64,000 nucleotides of DNA from [Archangium] primigenium. GTDB taxonomy: Bacteria; Myxococcota; Myxococcia; Myxococcales; Myxococcaceae. A program made the translations under genes and the position numbers. The notes beneath the pieces are model-generated. The model had not been told where the DNA came from and did not search any database. It saw nothing but the letters and a program-made list of their open reading frames with translations. Below, in pieces: positions 11,231 to 20,695 of the stretch (position 1 is its first letter; each line of letters opens with the position of its first letter). The stretch spans positions 7,049,224-7,113,223 of the forward strand of contig NZ_JADWYI010000001.1 of NCBI RefSeq assembly GCF_016904885.1, written 5' to 3'.

Positions 11231-13402
11231 CTACTCGTTCTGGCGGCGATAGAGGCCGCGCAGGGTCAGGAGGTGAAGGGGGATGAGGAAGAGCAGCACG
11301 GGGGCCAGCTTGAACAGGAGCGGTACCTCGCCGTAGGGCGCGCGGAAGACACCGGAGCGCAACAGCACCCCCGCCACCGCGAGCAGGAACAAGAAGGCGT
11401 AGAGCGCGCCACGCAGCGCGAACCCGTGGAAGACATGGCCCGCGCCGGACACCAGCGCGCCGAGCACATACGACAGCCGGCTGCCCCAGCGGCGGTTGCG
11501 CTCGATCTCGATGTGCTTGCGCGCCCGGACCCGCGCCTCCACCACCACCCGGCGCGAGAAGACGTTGACGCACTGGGCGCACGTCTTGCTGGCCACGCCC
11601 AGCTCCTTGTCGCAGCGCCGGCACACCGGACGCCCGCACTTCTCGCACTCGCGCGAGGTCTTCATGGTCTGGGCCGCGAAGCCCAGCCCGAAGGCCCCCA
11701 GGGTGCCCAAGAGCGCCAGGCCCCAGGCGACGAAGCCCGTGCGGCCCAGGAGCCGACGCGACAGTTGCTCCTCCACGCGCTGGGCCACGACCGGCTCCTC
11801 GATGGAGGGCAGATCCGCCCGCGGCAGCGGCGGCGAGAGCAGCAGGCGGTTCATCAGCAGGCGATCGTCGGGCGGACGGTTCCAGTCGCGCAGCAGCACC
11901 GGGTCCAACCGGGCCGCGGTCGCCAGCGCCTCGCTCGCCCGCTGGTTCTGCGCGCTGATCTCCGAGTCCGGCGCCACCGCGGCCCGGCGGCGGTAGACCT
12001 CGGCCAGGTTGAAGGGCGGCGCGACCAGGGACGGATCGGCCGACATGGCCTCGATGTAGAGCCGCGCCGCGGAGTCCTCGTCCCCGCTGGCCAGCAGGGC
12101 GTTGCCCAGGTTGGTCATCAGCGCGGCATGGCTGGGACGGCTGTTGGCCGCCGCCTTGTAGTGCACCAGCGCCTCCGGCAGCTGTCCGCGCCGCGCCTCG
12201 AAGCGCCCGAGCGCGAAGAGCTCGGCGAACCCGGCCTGCTTCTTCTCGTGGCGCTCGCGCACGCGCTCGGCCACGGGCTCCGCGTCGAAGCCCCCGCGCT
12301 CCAGCACGTAGATGTCCTCGGCCACCGTGCCCGCGAAGGCGGCGGACTGCGCGAGCCGACCCGCGGCCAGGGGCACCAGCGCCGTCAGCGCGATGAGCAC
12401 CGCGGCCACCGCCCGCTCCGTGCGCGTCAGATAGAAGGCCACCGAGGCCAGGGCGATGAGCAGCACGGGCACCAGACCCCAGCGCATCGCCAGGGGCGTG
12501 CCCAACAGCAGCAGGGCCGCGAGCGCCGTGGACTGCCAGCGCGCCGTCACCCGGGGAAAGAGGTGGTGGAAGTCGTGCAGCAGGTAGCGCACCCGGCGCA
12601 GGAAGAGCACGCCCACCACGACCACCGTGGTGGCCATCAGCGCCACCAGGACCGCCGTGCCCAGGTCCGCCAGGGCCGGACGCCGGTAGCGCGGGTCGCG
12701 CAGCAGCGCCGTCGCCGCGGCCTTGAGCTCCCGCGTGTAGGCTCCCACGCCCGTGGGGTCGTGCTCGGCGTAGGCCTGGGCGAGCGCCAGACGCACATAG
12801 GGCAGGTTGGGCGAGATGATCGCCGCCTCCTCCACGAGCCGCAGCGCGCCCGCTTCGTCATGCCCCTTGCGCCGACCCTCGGCCGCGCGGATGAGCGCCA
12901 TGCTGAAGGCGTCGATGTCCATGGCGCCCACTTCCTGCTTGAGCGCCACCAGCTCCGCCTGGGCCTTGGTCGCCCCGTCCTTGTCCATCGACTCCACGGC
13001 GGTACGCCAGCGCGTCCAGGCCGCGGCCAGGTCCGCGTCGGTGACGCGCGGCGAGAGGATGGGCGCGGGCGGCGGCCGGACCACGGGCGGCGGCGCGGCG
13101 GGCACCACCGCCGGCTCGGGCACGGGCTCGCCCTTGGCGTTCTTGCCGCCCTTGGCCTCGGCCGGGGACACGTCACCCTTGGCGCCCTTGGCACCCTTGG
13201 CGTTCTTGCCCTTGGCCGTGGCGGAGTCGTCCTGCTCCTCGTCCCCGGAGTCGTCGGACTCCGGATCGTCGGGCATGGCCATCTCCTCCGGGTCCAGCAT
13301 GGAGGGATCGTGGAAGTGCTGCGCATGGGCCTGGCGCGCGGGCAGTCCCGACAGCAGGCAGAGCAACAGCGGAAGGCAGCGCAAGAAGGGGGGGCGCGAC
13401 AT
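11231..13402 (-). CDS. TPR-repeat membrane protein with Ala/Pro/Lys-rich N-terminal region and C-terminal CxxC zinc ribbon
   Basis: Likely start MSRPPFLRCLPLLL (signal peptide). KGAKGAKG repeats, TPR-like helices, TM segments, CEKCGRPVCRRC. Confidence 0.5.
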   Translation of the reverse strand: MSRPPFLRCLPLLLCLLSGLPARQAHAQHFHDPSMLDPEEMAMPDDPESDDSGDEEQDDSATAKGKNAKGAKGAKGDVSPAEAKGGKNAKGEPVPEPAVVPAAPPPVVRPPPAPILSPRVTDADLAAAWTRWRTAVESMDKDGATKAQAELVALKQEVGAMDIDAFSMALIRAAEGRRKGHDEAGALRLVEEAAIISPNLPYVRLALAQAYAEHDPTGVGAYTRELKAAATALLRDPRYRRPALADLGTAVLVALMATTVVVVGVLFLRRVRYLLHDFHHLFPRVTARWQSTALAALLLLGTPLAMRWGLVPVLLIALASVAFYLTRTERAVAAVLIALTALVPLAAGRLAQSAAFAGTVAEDIYVLERGGFDAEPVAERVRERHEKKQAGFAELFALGRFEARRGQLPEALVHYKAAANSRPSHAALMTNLGNALLASGDEDSAARLYIEAMSADPSLVAPPFNLAEVYRRRAAVAPDSEISAQNQRASEALATAARLDPVLLRDWNRPPDDRLLMNRLLLSPPLPRADLPSIEEPVVAQRVEEQLSRRLLGRTGFVAWGLALLGTLGAFGLGFAAQTMKTSRECEKCGRPVCRRCDKELGVASKTCAQCVNVFSRRVVVEARVRARKHIEIERNRRWGSRLSYVLGALVSGAGHVFHGFALRGALYAFLFLLAVAGVLLRSGVFRAPYGEVPLLFKLAPVLLFLIPLHLLTLRGLYRRQNE

Positions 13403-13507
13403 TCGAGGTCCCGAGCATAGGCGACGGGTCCGTCTCACGGAAGTTGTCGTCCCCCACTCCGGAGGTTCCCGTGTTAACAGCAACCTGCTCGCCCGGAGAG
13501 GGGACAT

Positions 13508-14686
13508 ATGGGTTCAGCAGGACCGCAATTGGACAGGCTCGCGGAAATCATGGCCCGCCTGCGCGCCCAGGATGGCTGTCCGTGGGACCGGGAGCAGGAC
13601 CTGCGCTCCATCCGCCCTTATCTCACCGAGGAGGCCTTCGAGGTCCTGGAGGAGATGGACCGGGTGGCCGAGGGCGGCCCCTGGGCGCCCCTGTGCGAGG
13701 AGCTGGGGGATCTGCTCTTCCAGATCGTCTTCCACGCCCGGCTCGCCGAGGAACTGGGGGAGTTCACCCTGGCGGACGTATGTGCGTCCATCAGCGACAA
13801 ACTCACCCACCGCCACCCCCACGTGTTCGGGGAGAAGCGCGAGGACGGCACCCCCCAGCCGCTGGCCAACTGGGCGAAGCTCAAGGCCGCCGAGCGCAAG
13901 AAGAAGACGGGCCGGGAGGGCTCGGTGCTCGACGGGGTGCCCGCGGGCGCGCCGGCGCTCTTGCGCGCCGAGCGGCTGGTGGAGAAGGCGAGCCGGCTCG
14001 GCTTCGACTGGCCGGATCTGGCGCACGTGCGCGCCAAGCTCACCGAGGAGTTGGGAGAGCTCGACGAGGCCATCGCCTCGGGGGACCGCGACGCCCTGGA
14101 GCACGAGCTGGGCGATGTCCTCCTGGCCCTGGCCAACGTCGCGCGCTTCCTGAAGACCCCGGCCGAGGACGCGCTGCGCATGGCCCTGCGCCGCTTCACC
14201 ACCCGCTTCCAGCACCTCGAGTCGGCCCTGCGCGCCGAGGGCGTCGCGCTCGGCGAGGGCAGCCTGGAGCAGATGATGCGGCACTGGGGGGAGGCCAAGG
14301 CGGTGGAGAAGGCCCTCCCCCCGCCCACCCGGGTGCCCCGCGCCCCCCTCGTCGCCCTGCGACTGCCCGTGGAAGCGCTCGCCCCCCAGCGGGCCTTCTG
14401 GGATCAGGTGGCGCCCCTGCTCGGTTGGAGCGCCGGGCGGGCGTCGGCACGGGAGGCCGTCTATGGGGACGGGCTGTACCGGATCACCTTCGTGCCCGGG
14501 TCCGCCGCCCCCTCCCCCACCCGGCTGACCTTCGAGGCCCCCTCGGGAGCGGCCGTGCGCCGCCTACGGACCCTGCTAGAGGCCGCCTCCCCGGGATGTG
14601 TGCGAGAAGGCGACCTTGGCGCGGAGACGATCATGTTTCGTGATCCCGCCGGGCTGGAGTGGGAGTATGCCGTTCCCGAACCCTGA
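13508..14686 (+). CDS. mazG: MazG-family NTP pyrophosphohydrolase with about 130 aa C-terminal extension
   Basis: Two MazG repeats (EExxE motifs) in the first about 260 aa, then an unrelated extra domain. Confidence 0.7.
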   Translation: MGSAGPQLDRLAEIMARLRAQDGCPWDREQDLRSIRPYLTEEAFEVLEEMDRVAEGGPWAPLCEELGDLLFQIVFHARLAEELGEFTLADVCASISDKLTHRHPHVFGEKREDGTPQPLANWAKLKAAERKKKTGREGSVLDGVPAGAPALLRAERLVEKASRLGFDWPDLAHVRAKLTEELGELDEAIASGDRDALEHELGDVLLALANVARFLKTPAEDALRMALRRFTTRFQHLESALRAEGVALGEGSLEQMMRHWGEAKAVEKALPPPTRVPRAPLVALRLPVEALAPQRAFWDQVAPLLGWSAGRASAREAVYGDGLYRITFVPGSAAPSPTRLTFEAPSGAAVRRLRTLLEAASPGCVREGDLGAETIMFRDPAGLEWEYAVPEP

Positions 14687-14720
14687 GGAAGGGCTTCCCC
14701 GCTTCCGGATCACGCAAGTC

Positions 14721-14750
14721 TTGACGCTCCGGTAGGGGACGAAGTAGGTA
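14721..14750 (+). promoter_or_regulatory. Sigma-70-like promoter for rpsT (TTGACG-18-TAGGTA)
   Basis: Hexamers at 14721-26 and 14745-50, about 35 nt upstream of the rpsT start. SD GGAGA at 14777-81. Confidence 0.4.
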
Positions 14751-14787
14751 CGCCCCCTCTTTCCACAGAAGTACGCTGGAGATCACC

Positions 14788-15066
14788 TTGGCCAACACCA
14801 AGTCTGCAGAGAAGCGTAACCGCCAGGCGCAGAAGCGCCGCGCCCGCAACATCAACGTGCGCACCACGGTGAAGGACGCCGTGAAGACCCTGCGCGACAC
14901 CCTCACCACCGACACGGCCAAGGCGCCGGAGGCCTTCAAGGCCGCCGCCAGCCGCCTGAACAAGGCCGCCAGCAAGGGCGTGGTCCACAAGCGCGCCGCT
15001 TCCCGCCGCATCTCGCGCCTGGCCAAGGCCGTCAACCGCGCCAAGGCCGCCGCCACCGCGAAGTAG
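14788..15066 (+). CDS. rpsT: 30S ribosomal protein S20, TTG start codon
   Basis: MANTKSAEKRNRQ... ORF begins at TTG 14788 with SD 6 nt upstream. rpsT classically uses UUG. Confidence 0.9.
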   Translation: MANTKSAEKRNRQAQKRRARNINVRTTVKDAVKTLRDTLTTDTAKAPEAFKAAASRLNKAASKGVVHKRAASRRISRLAKAVNRAKAAATAK

Positions 15067-15078
15067 TCCTCGCGGGCT

Positions 15079-15636
15079 TCACCAGTCGCTGGCCAACCGG
15101 TCATATCCCTCGCGCATCAACGTCTCGGCGAGACGGTGGAGCGCGGCCTGACGGTTGGCCTCGGCTTCCAGGATGTCGCCGGACACGCTCGCCGTGCCCG
15201 GCAGGAAGTCCTCGTTGCCGGTGACCACCGTCTCCGACAGCACCCCGCCGTCCTTGCGCAGGCGCAGCACCACCGTCGCCGAAGCGCGGTAGCTGGCGAG
15301 CCGAGGCTCCGCCACCCGCGTGTTTCCGTCGTACACGGGATCCGTGACGATGGTCGGCGCGCTGCCCACCCCCGCCACCACCCCCTCGATCGTCGCGTCG
15401 CACGCGCCCTCGGCGCCCAGCACGCCCGCGCGCACCAGCTCCAGGCGGAGCACGCGGGTGAAGAGCGCCTCCAGGCCCGGCTCGGGCGTGTCGTTGCGGA
15501 AGATCGGCGCACACACCGAGCGCACGCCCTCGGGCAGCCCCGCGCTCCGAGGGGTGAAGCGGTAGCCGCAGCCCATGCCCGAGAGCACCCCCAGGCACCC
15601 CACCCACAACCACCTCACCACGCGCGCGCGGAACAT
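15079..15636 (-). CDS. lptE: LPS-assembly lipoprotein LptE-like
   Basis: Lipobox LSGMGC followed by GYRFTPR (E. coli LptE begins CGWHLR). Immediately downstream of leuS as in the leuS-lptE operon. Start inferred at MFRARVV. Confidence 0.55.
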   Translation of the reverse strand: MFRARVVRWLWVGCLGVLSGMGCGYRFTPRSAGLPEGVRSVCAPIFRNDTPEPGLEALFTRVLRLELVRAGVLGAEGACDATIEGVVAGVGSAPTIVTDPVYDGNTRVAEPRLASYRASATVVLRLRKDGGVLSETVVTGNEDFLPGTASVSGDILEAEANRQAALHRLAETLMREGYDRLASDW

Positions 15637-15720
15637 GCCGAGCACACTAGCGGCGGGGTCCTCCGGGTCAAGCCCGAGCAGGAGGGCGCCCGGCGCGGGC
15701 ACGCCCTCCGCTCACGCGGC

Positions 15721-18219
15721 TCAGCCGACGACGAAGTTCACCAGGCGCTTGGGCACGAAGACGAACTTGCGCAGCGTCTTGCCCGCCAGCGCGGCCTTCA
15801 CCCGCTCGTCCGCCTCGGCCGCGGCGCGCACGTCCGCCTCGCCCGCGTCCGCCGCCACGCGCACCTCGGCGCGCAGCTTGCCGTTGACCTGCACCGCGTA
15901 GGGGATGACGTCATCCACCACCAGCGCCGGATCGAACTCCAGCCAGCCCTGGTTGACGACGAAGTCCTTGGCGCCGTAGGCCTCGGCGATCTCGTCCGCC
16001 AGGTGGGGGGTGAAGGGCGTGAGCACCACGGTGAGCACCTTCACGGCCTCGGCCATGGCGGCCTTCTCCGCGACCGACTCCGGCGTGCCCAGCGCGTAGA
16101 GCGCGTTCACGTACTCCATGCACCCGGCGATGGCGGTGTTGAAGGACAGCCGGTCGATGGCCTCCCCCACCCGCTTGAGGCACTTGTGCGCCGCGCGGCG
16201 GATCTCCAGCGCCTTGCCCTCGAAGGCGCCCTCGTGCGTCGTGCCCGCCGTGCCCTGGTGCTGCTGGGCGAGCACCCACACCCGCTTGAGGAAGCGGAAG
16301 GCGCCCTCCACCTGGTCATCCGACCAGTCGAAGTCGCGCTCGGGCGGGCCGGCGAACATCACGTAGGCGCGCGCCGTGTCCGCGCCGTACTTCTGCACGA
16401 TGGACGAGGGGGCCACCACGTTGCCCCAGCGCTTGGACATCTTGCGCCCGTCGGGCCCGTTGACGATGCCCTGGGTGACCAGGCGCGTGACGGGCTCGTC
16501 CACCGGGGACAGGCCCAGGAGCTTCATCACCCGCGTCCAGAAGCGGAAGTAGAGCAGGTGCATCACCGCGTGCTCGGGGCCGCCCACGTACACGTCCACC
16601 GGCAGCCAGCGCTGGGCCTCCTTCGGATCGAAGGGCGCCTCGGCGTAGTGCGGCGAGAGGTAGCGCGCGAAGTACCAGCAGGAGTCGACGAAGGTGTCCA
16701 TCGTCTCCGTCTCGCGGCGCGCGGGGCCGTTGCACGTGGGACACGTGGCGTTGACGAACCCGGGCACCTTGGCCAGCGGGGGCTCGCCCTTGCCCGTGAG
16801 CACCGCCTGGGTGTCGATCTCCGGCAGGCGCACCGGCAGCTGCTCGATCGGCACGGCCTGGCCCTTGCGCTCGGGGTCGCACGCCTCGCAGTAGACGATG
16901 GGGATGGGGGTGCCCCAGTAGCGCTGGCGGCTGAAGCCCCAGTCCTTCTGGCGGTACGTCACCTTGGGCTCGCCCTTGCCCTGGGCCTGGAGGAAGGCGC
17001 CCATCTTCTTGCGCGCCTCGGCGGAGGTGAGGCCCGAGTACTCGCCCGAGTCCGCCAGCACGCCGTCCTCGGTGGCCGCGGACTCCAGCGCGTCGCCCGC
17101 GGGAAGTTTGTCACCCTGGGCGGGCTGCACCACCCCGCGCACGGGCAGCGCGTACTTGCGCGCGAACTCGAAGTCGCGCGCGTCGTGCGCCGGCACGCTC
17201 ATCACCGCGCCCGTGCCGTAGTCGGACAGCACGAAGTTGGCGATCCAGATGGGCACCGGCTGGCCCGTGAAGGGGTTGAGCGCGTGGGCGCCCGTGAACA
17301 CGCCTTCCTTGGTGGCGCCCTCGTCCGTGCGCTCCGTCTTGGAGGTGGCCGCCATCTTCTTCACGAAGGCGTCCACCTCGGCGCGCTGCGCGGGCGTGGT
17401 GATGCGCGAGACGAGCTTGTGGTCCGGCGCGAGCACCACGTAGGTGCAGCCGAAGATGGTGTCCACGCGCGTGGTGAACACGCGCAGGCGCTCGTCCGAG
17501 CCCTGCACGGTGAAGTCGGCCTCCACGCCCTCGGAGCGGCCGATCCAGTTGCGCTGCATGGAGGTGATGCGCTCGGGCCACTCCTTGAGCTGGTCCAGGC
17601 CGTCGAGCAGGTCCTGCGAGTAGCGGGTGATCCGGAATGCCCACTCGGGCATTTCCTTGTCGAGCACCGGCGAATCACAGCGCTCGCACACGCCGTCCTT
17701 CACCTGCTCGTTGGCGATGACCGTGAGACAGCCCGTGCACCAGTTCACCTTGCTGAAGCGGCGATAGACGAGCCCCCGCTGGAGCATCTGGATGAAGAAC
17801 CACTGGTTCCAGCGGTAGTACTCGGGCTCGCTGGTGTTCACCTCGCGCGACCAGTCGTAGCTGTAGCCCAGCGAGTGGATCTCCTTCTTGAAGGAGTCGA
17901 TGTTCTCGCGGGTGCGCACCGCTGGGTGCACGCCGTCCTTGATGGCCGCGTTCTCCGCCGGCAGGCCGAAGGCGTCCCAGCCCATGGGGTGCAGCACGTC
18001 AAAGCCGCGCATCTTGAAGAAGCGCGCGTAGACGTCCCCGATGAGGTAGTTGCGCACGTGCCCCATGTGCATCTTCCCGCTGGGGTACGGCAGCATCTCG
18101 AGGATGTACTTCTTGGGGGCTCCGGGGCGCGTGCCGGCGCGGAACACGCCCGCCTCGCTCCACCGCTGCTGCCACTTCGACTCGATTGCCTGCGGCTCGT
18201 AACGCTCGTTCATGGCCAT
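15721..18219 (-). CDS. leuS: Leucyl-tRNA synthetase
   Basis: HMGH and KMSKR class I motifs, about 830 aa. Start at MAMNERY. Confidence 0.92.
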   Translation of the reverse strand: MAMNERYEPQAIESKWQQRWSEAGVFRAGTRPGAPKKYILEMLPYPSGKMHMGHVRNYLIGDVYARFFKMRGFDVLHPMGWDAFGLPAENAAIKDGVHPAVRTRENIDSFKKEIHSLGYSYDWSREVNTSEPEYYRWNQWFFIQMLQRGLVYRRFSKVNWCTGCLTVIANEQVKDGVCERCDSPVLDKEMPEWAFRITRYSQDLLDGLDQLKEWPERITSMQRNWIGRSEGVEADFTVQGSDERLRVFTTRVDTIFGCTYVVLAPDHKLVSRITTPAQRAEVDAFVKKMAATSKTERTDEGATKEGVFTGAHALNPFTGQPVPIWIANFVLSDYGTGAVMSVPAHDARDFEFARKYALPVRGVVQPAQGDKLPAGDALESAATEDGVLADSGEYSGLTSAEARKKMGAFLQAQGKGEPKVTYRQKDWGFSRQRYWGTPIPIVYCEACDPERKGQAVPIEQLPVRLPEIDTQAVLTGKGEPPLAKVPGFVNATCPTCNGPARRETETMDTFVDSCWYFARYLSPHYAEAPFDPKEAQRWLPVDVYVGGPEHAVMHLLYFRFWTRVMKLLGLSPVDEPVTRLVTQGIVNGPDGRKMSKRWGNVVAPSSIVQKYGADTARAYVMFAGPPERDFDWSDDQVEGAFRFLKRVWVLAQQHQGTAGTTHEGAFEGKALEIRRAAHKCLKRVGEAIDRLSFNTAIAGCMEYVNALYALGTPESVAEKAAMAEAVKVLTVVLTPFTPHLADEIAEAYGAKDFVVNQGWLEFDPALVVDDVIPYAVQVNGKLRAEVRVAADAGEADVRAAAEADERVKAALAGKTLRKFVFVPKRLVNFVVG

Positions 18220-18262
18220 GACGGCCCGCGTCTTACGTGGGGGACGGGCCCCCGGCAACCCC

Positions 18263-18646
18263 CTAATCCAGCCGCAGCAGGCCCTTCACCGTGTCCTGTA
18301 CCACCTTGGACTGTACCGGCTTGACCAGGTAGGCGCTCGCCCCCAGGGCCATGGCCCGCGCCCGATCCTCGGTGGCCGACTCGGTGGTGATGACCACGAT
18401 GGGCACCGTGCGGTACGCGTCCTGCTGGCGGATGTGGTGGATGAGCTTGAGCCCGTCCATGAGCGGCATGTTGATGTCGGTCAGGATGAGATCGTAGCGG
18501 CCCAGGGTCAGCTTCTTGAGGCCCTCGGCCCCGTCGTGGGCCTCGTCCGTGTGGAGCCACGTGCCCAAGCGCTGCAGCGCGTACATGAGGCTGCGCCGCA
18601 TGGCCTGCGAGTCATCCACCACCAGGGCCCGGATCTCCTGCGTCAT
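18263..18646 (-). CDS. Single-domain response regulator (CheY-like receiver)
   Basis: VVDDS ... DLILTDINMP ... K motif. Start inferred at MTQEIRALVVDD. Confidence 0.7.
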   Translation of the reverse strand: MTQEIRALVVDDSQAMRRSLMYALQRLGTWLHTDEAHDGAEGLKKLTLGRYDLILTDINMPLMDGLKLIHHIRQQDAYRTVPIVVITTESATEDRARAMALGASAYLVKPVQSKVVQDTVKGLLRLD

Positions 18647-18785
18647 GACGCGGGAGGATACCACCGCCGGGCGCCGAAGCAGGCAGGGGACTGAGCGCCT
18701 TCGCTCCTCCCGAGGGTCCACGCCGGAGGGCGCGGGGCTCCCGCGTCGACGCGACAGGTCGCCCGCCGGACGTTACCTGCCAGGG

Positions 18786-19631
18786 ATGCCCGAGGGAAAC
18801 ATCATCCACCGCCTCGCCCGCGTCCACCGCCGCTGGCTCGTCGGCCGTCGCTTCACCGCGGACTCCCCCCAGGGGCGCTTCGCCGCCGAGGCCCCCCACC
18901 TCTCGGGGCGGGTGCTCGAGGACGTGCGGGCCCATGGCAAGCACCTCTTCCACCACTTCGAGGGCGGGGTCCGGCTCCACGTGCACCTGGGCCTGTTCGG
19001 CACCATCCGCCACTTCCGCGCCCAGGCCACCCCCCCGTCCCCGGCCTGTCGGCTGAGGCTCGCCTCCCCCCACGCGACGCTCCAGCTGTCCGGCCCCCAG
19101 ACCTGTGAGCTGCTCACCCCGGACGCCGAGGCCGCGCTCCGGGCCCGCCTGGGCGAGGACCCCCTCCACGCCGACGCGTCCCGCGAGCGGGCCTTCGCGG
19201 CCCTGCGTCAGGTCCGCGCGCCGATCGCCACCGCCCTGCTCGACCAGTCCCGCATCTCGGGGGTGGGCAACATCCTGCGCGCCGAGGCCCTCTTCCTCGC
19301 GCGCCTGTCGCCCCACCTGCCCGCGAGCGACTTGCGCGCCCCCGACTTCGAGCGCTTGTGGACGGCCCTGCGCCAGTTGCTCGAGGACGCCGCCCGGGAT
19401 GGCCGCATCGTCCCACCCCATGCGCCCCCCACCGCCCTCACCCTCCCCGGCCGGCGCCGGGAGGACCGCTTCTGCGTCTACGACCGCGAGGACCTCCCCT
19501 GCCCTCACTGCGCCACCCCCGTCGCCCGGGTGCCGCTCGCCGGGCGGAGCCTGTTCTTCTGCCCCCGCTGCCAGGCGCCTCGCCGACGCGCCGCCCGCGC
19601 CCGTCCAGCCCCGGGGAGGGCCCGCCCGTAA
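18786..19631 (+). CDS. fpg: Formamidopyrimidine-DNA glycosylase / endonuclease VIII family
   Basis: MPEGNIIHRL N-terminus (catalytic P2/E3), H2TH, C-terminal CxxC-x-CxxC zinc finger. Confidence 0.8.
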   Translation: MPEGNIIHRLARVHRRWLVGRRFTADSPQGRFAAEAPHLSGRVLEDVRAHGKHLFHHFEGGVRLHVHLGLFGTIRHFRAQATPPSPACRLRLASPHATLQLSGPQTCELLTPDAEAALRARLGEDPLHADASRERAFAALRQVRAPIATALLDQSRISGVGNILRAEALFLARLSPHLPASDLRAPDFERLWTALRQLLEDAARDGRIVPPHAPPTALTLPGRRREDRFCVYDREDLPCPHCATPVARVPLAGRSLFFCPRCQAPRRRAARARPAPGRARP

Positions 19632-19843
19632 GTCTTACCGGATGGGAAATCCCTCCCGCGCCCAACGCTCCGCCAACCCCCTGGAATCATGGGAGTTTCG
19701 CCCTCCGCCGACCCTGGCACGCGGACTGCTATGTCCCTCCTCGGGTAGCACGGGGCGGGACGGGCGGGTCGGGGCAGGACGGGCGGGTCGGGGGAAGTCT
19801 TTCGAGGGGGCAGTTCGGGGGAAGTGACGGGGAAGAGTTCGTC

Positions 19844-19887
19844 GGGGAGGAGCCGCTCGGGGGATCGGCTCCTCCCCGATTCTTTTT
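19844..19887 (+). terminator. Rho-independent terminator (GGGGAGGAGCCG-loop-CGGCTCCTCCCC + GATTCTTTTT)
   Basis: 12-bp perfect stem followed by a T-run on the plus strand. Confidence 0.6.
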
Positions 19888-20694
19888 CTAGCGCCTGGCG
19901 AGCAGGACCGAGGCGGCGGACACCGGCGGCGGCTCGATGGCGGTGTTGCGTCGGCGCTGCTCGGGGGCATCCAGGAAGGTGCCGAGCAGCACCCAGCGCC
20001 GCGCGTCGGCCTCCGCGCCGGGCCGGGCCATGAGCGGCGTGGTGTAGTGCCAGAAGGGCAGCCGGTACACGGTGATGCCGCCCAGCGTGTTGACGCTGCT
20101 CATCTGCGAGAAGTGGCCCTGCTTGGAGTAGATGAGCCACTGGTGCGCCACGGCGCGCGTGGCGAACGTGAGGTGCATGTCCACGTAGCCGTTGGCGGCC
20201 TCTTCGTCCTCGGGGTGGTGATCGTTGTGGGGCCCGGCGTAGTCCCCCGGGCCGTAACACAGCGCCTGAATCCCCCACTTGCGCCGCAGGGGCCGGCCGC
20301 TCACCGCCGCCGCGAAGGCCGCGAAGCTCTCCGAGCGCATCATCTCCACGAGCCCCACCCGCTCGGCCGCGGCCCACGAGCGCGAGCGCCGGCTCTCCAG
20401 CATCGCCGTGCGCACGCGCACCGTCTTGGGCAGCAGCTCCTCGTAGTTCTCCGTCATCCCGAAGATGCTCTCCGGGGGGATGGGCTCCTCCATGGCCGTG
20501 AGGGTGCCCTCCAGGGAGGACTCCAGCGCGGCGAGGCACGCGGCGGCCTTGCGCGCGTCCACCACGCCGCCGAGCGCCACGAAGCGGTGGCCCGGCTTGA
20601 GCAGGATGCCGCACGCCTCGCGGTCGCGGCCCTCGAGGATGCGCCGCCCCTTGGGGGTGAGCAGGTCCGCGAAATCGGAAGGAAAGCTCTTCAT
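19888..20694 (-). CDS. Hypothetical protein, possible Fe(II)/2OG-oxygenase-like (HxD...H)
   Basis: Start MKSF lies 1 nt after the cheB stop (TGAcATG). HND and distal His residues. Last gene of the che operon. Confidence 0.35.
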   Translation of the reverse strand: MKSFPSDFADLLTPKGRRILEGRDREACGILLKPGHRFVALGGVVDARKAAACLAALESSLEGTLTAMEEPIPPESIFGMTENYEELLPKTVRVRTAMLESRRSRSWAAAERVGLVEMMRSESFAAFAAAVSGRPLRRKWGIQALCYGPGDYAGPHNDHHPEDEEAANGYVDMHLTFATRAVAHQWLIYSKQGHFSQMSSVNTLGGITVYRLPFWHYTTPLMARPGAEADARRWVLLGTFLDAPEQRRRNTAIEPPPVSAASVLLARR

Positions 20695-20695
20695 G

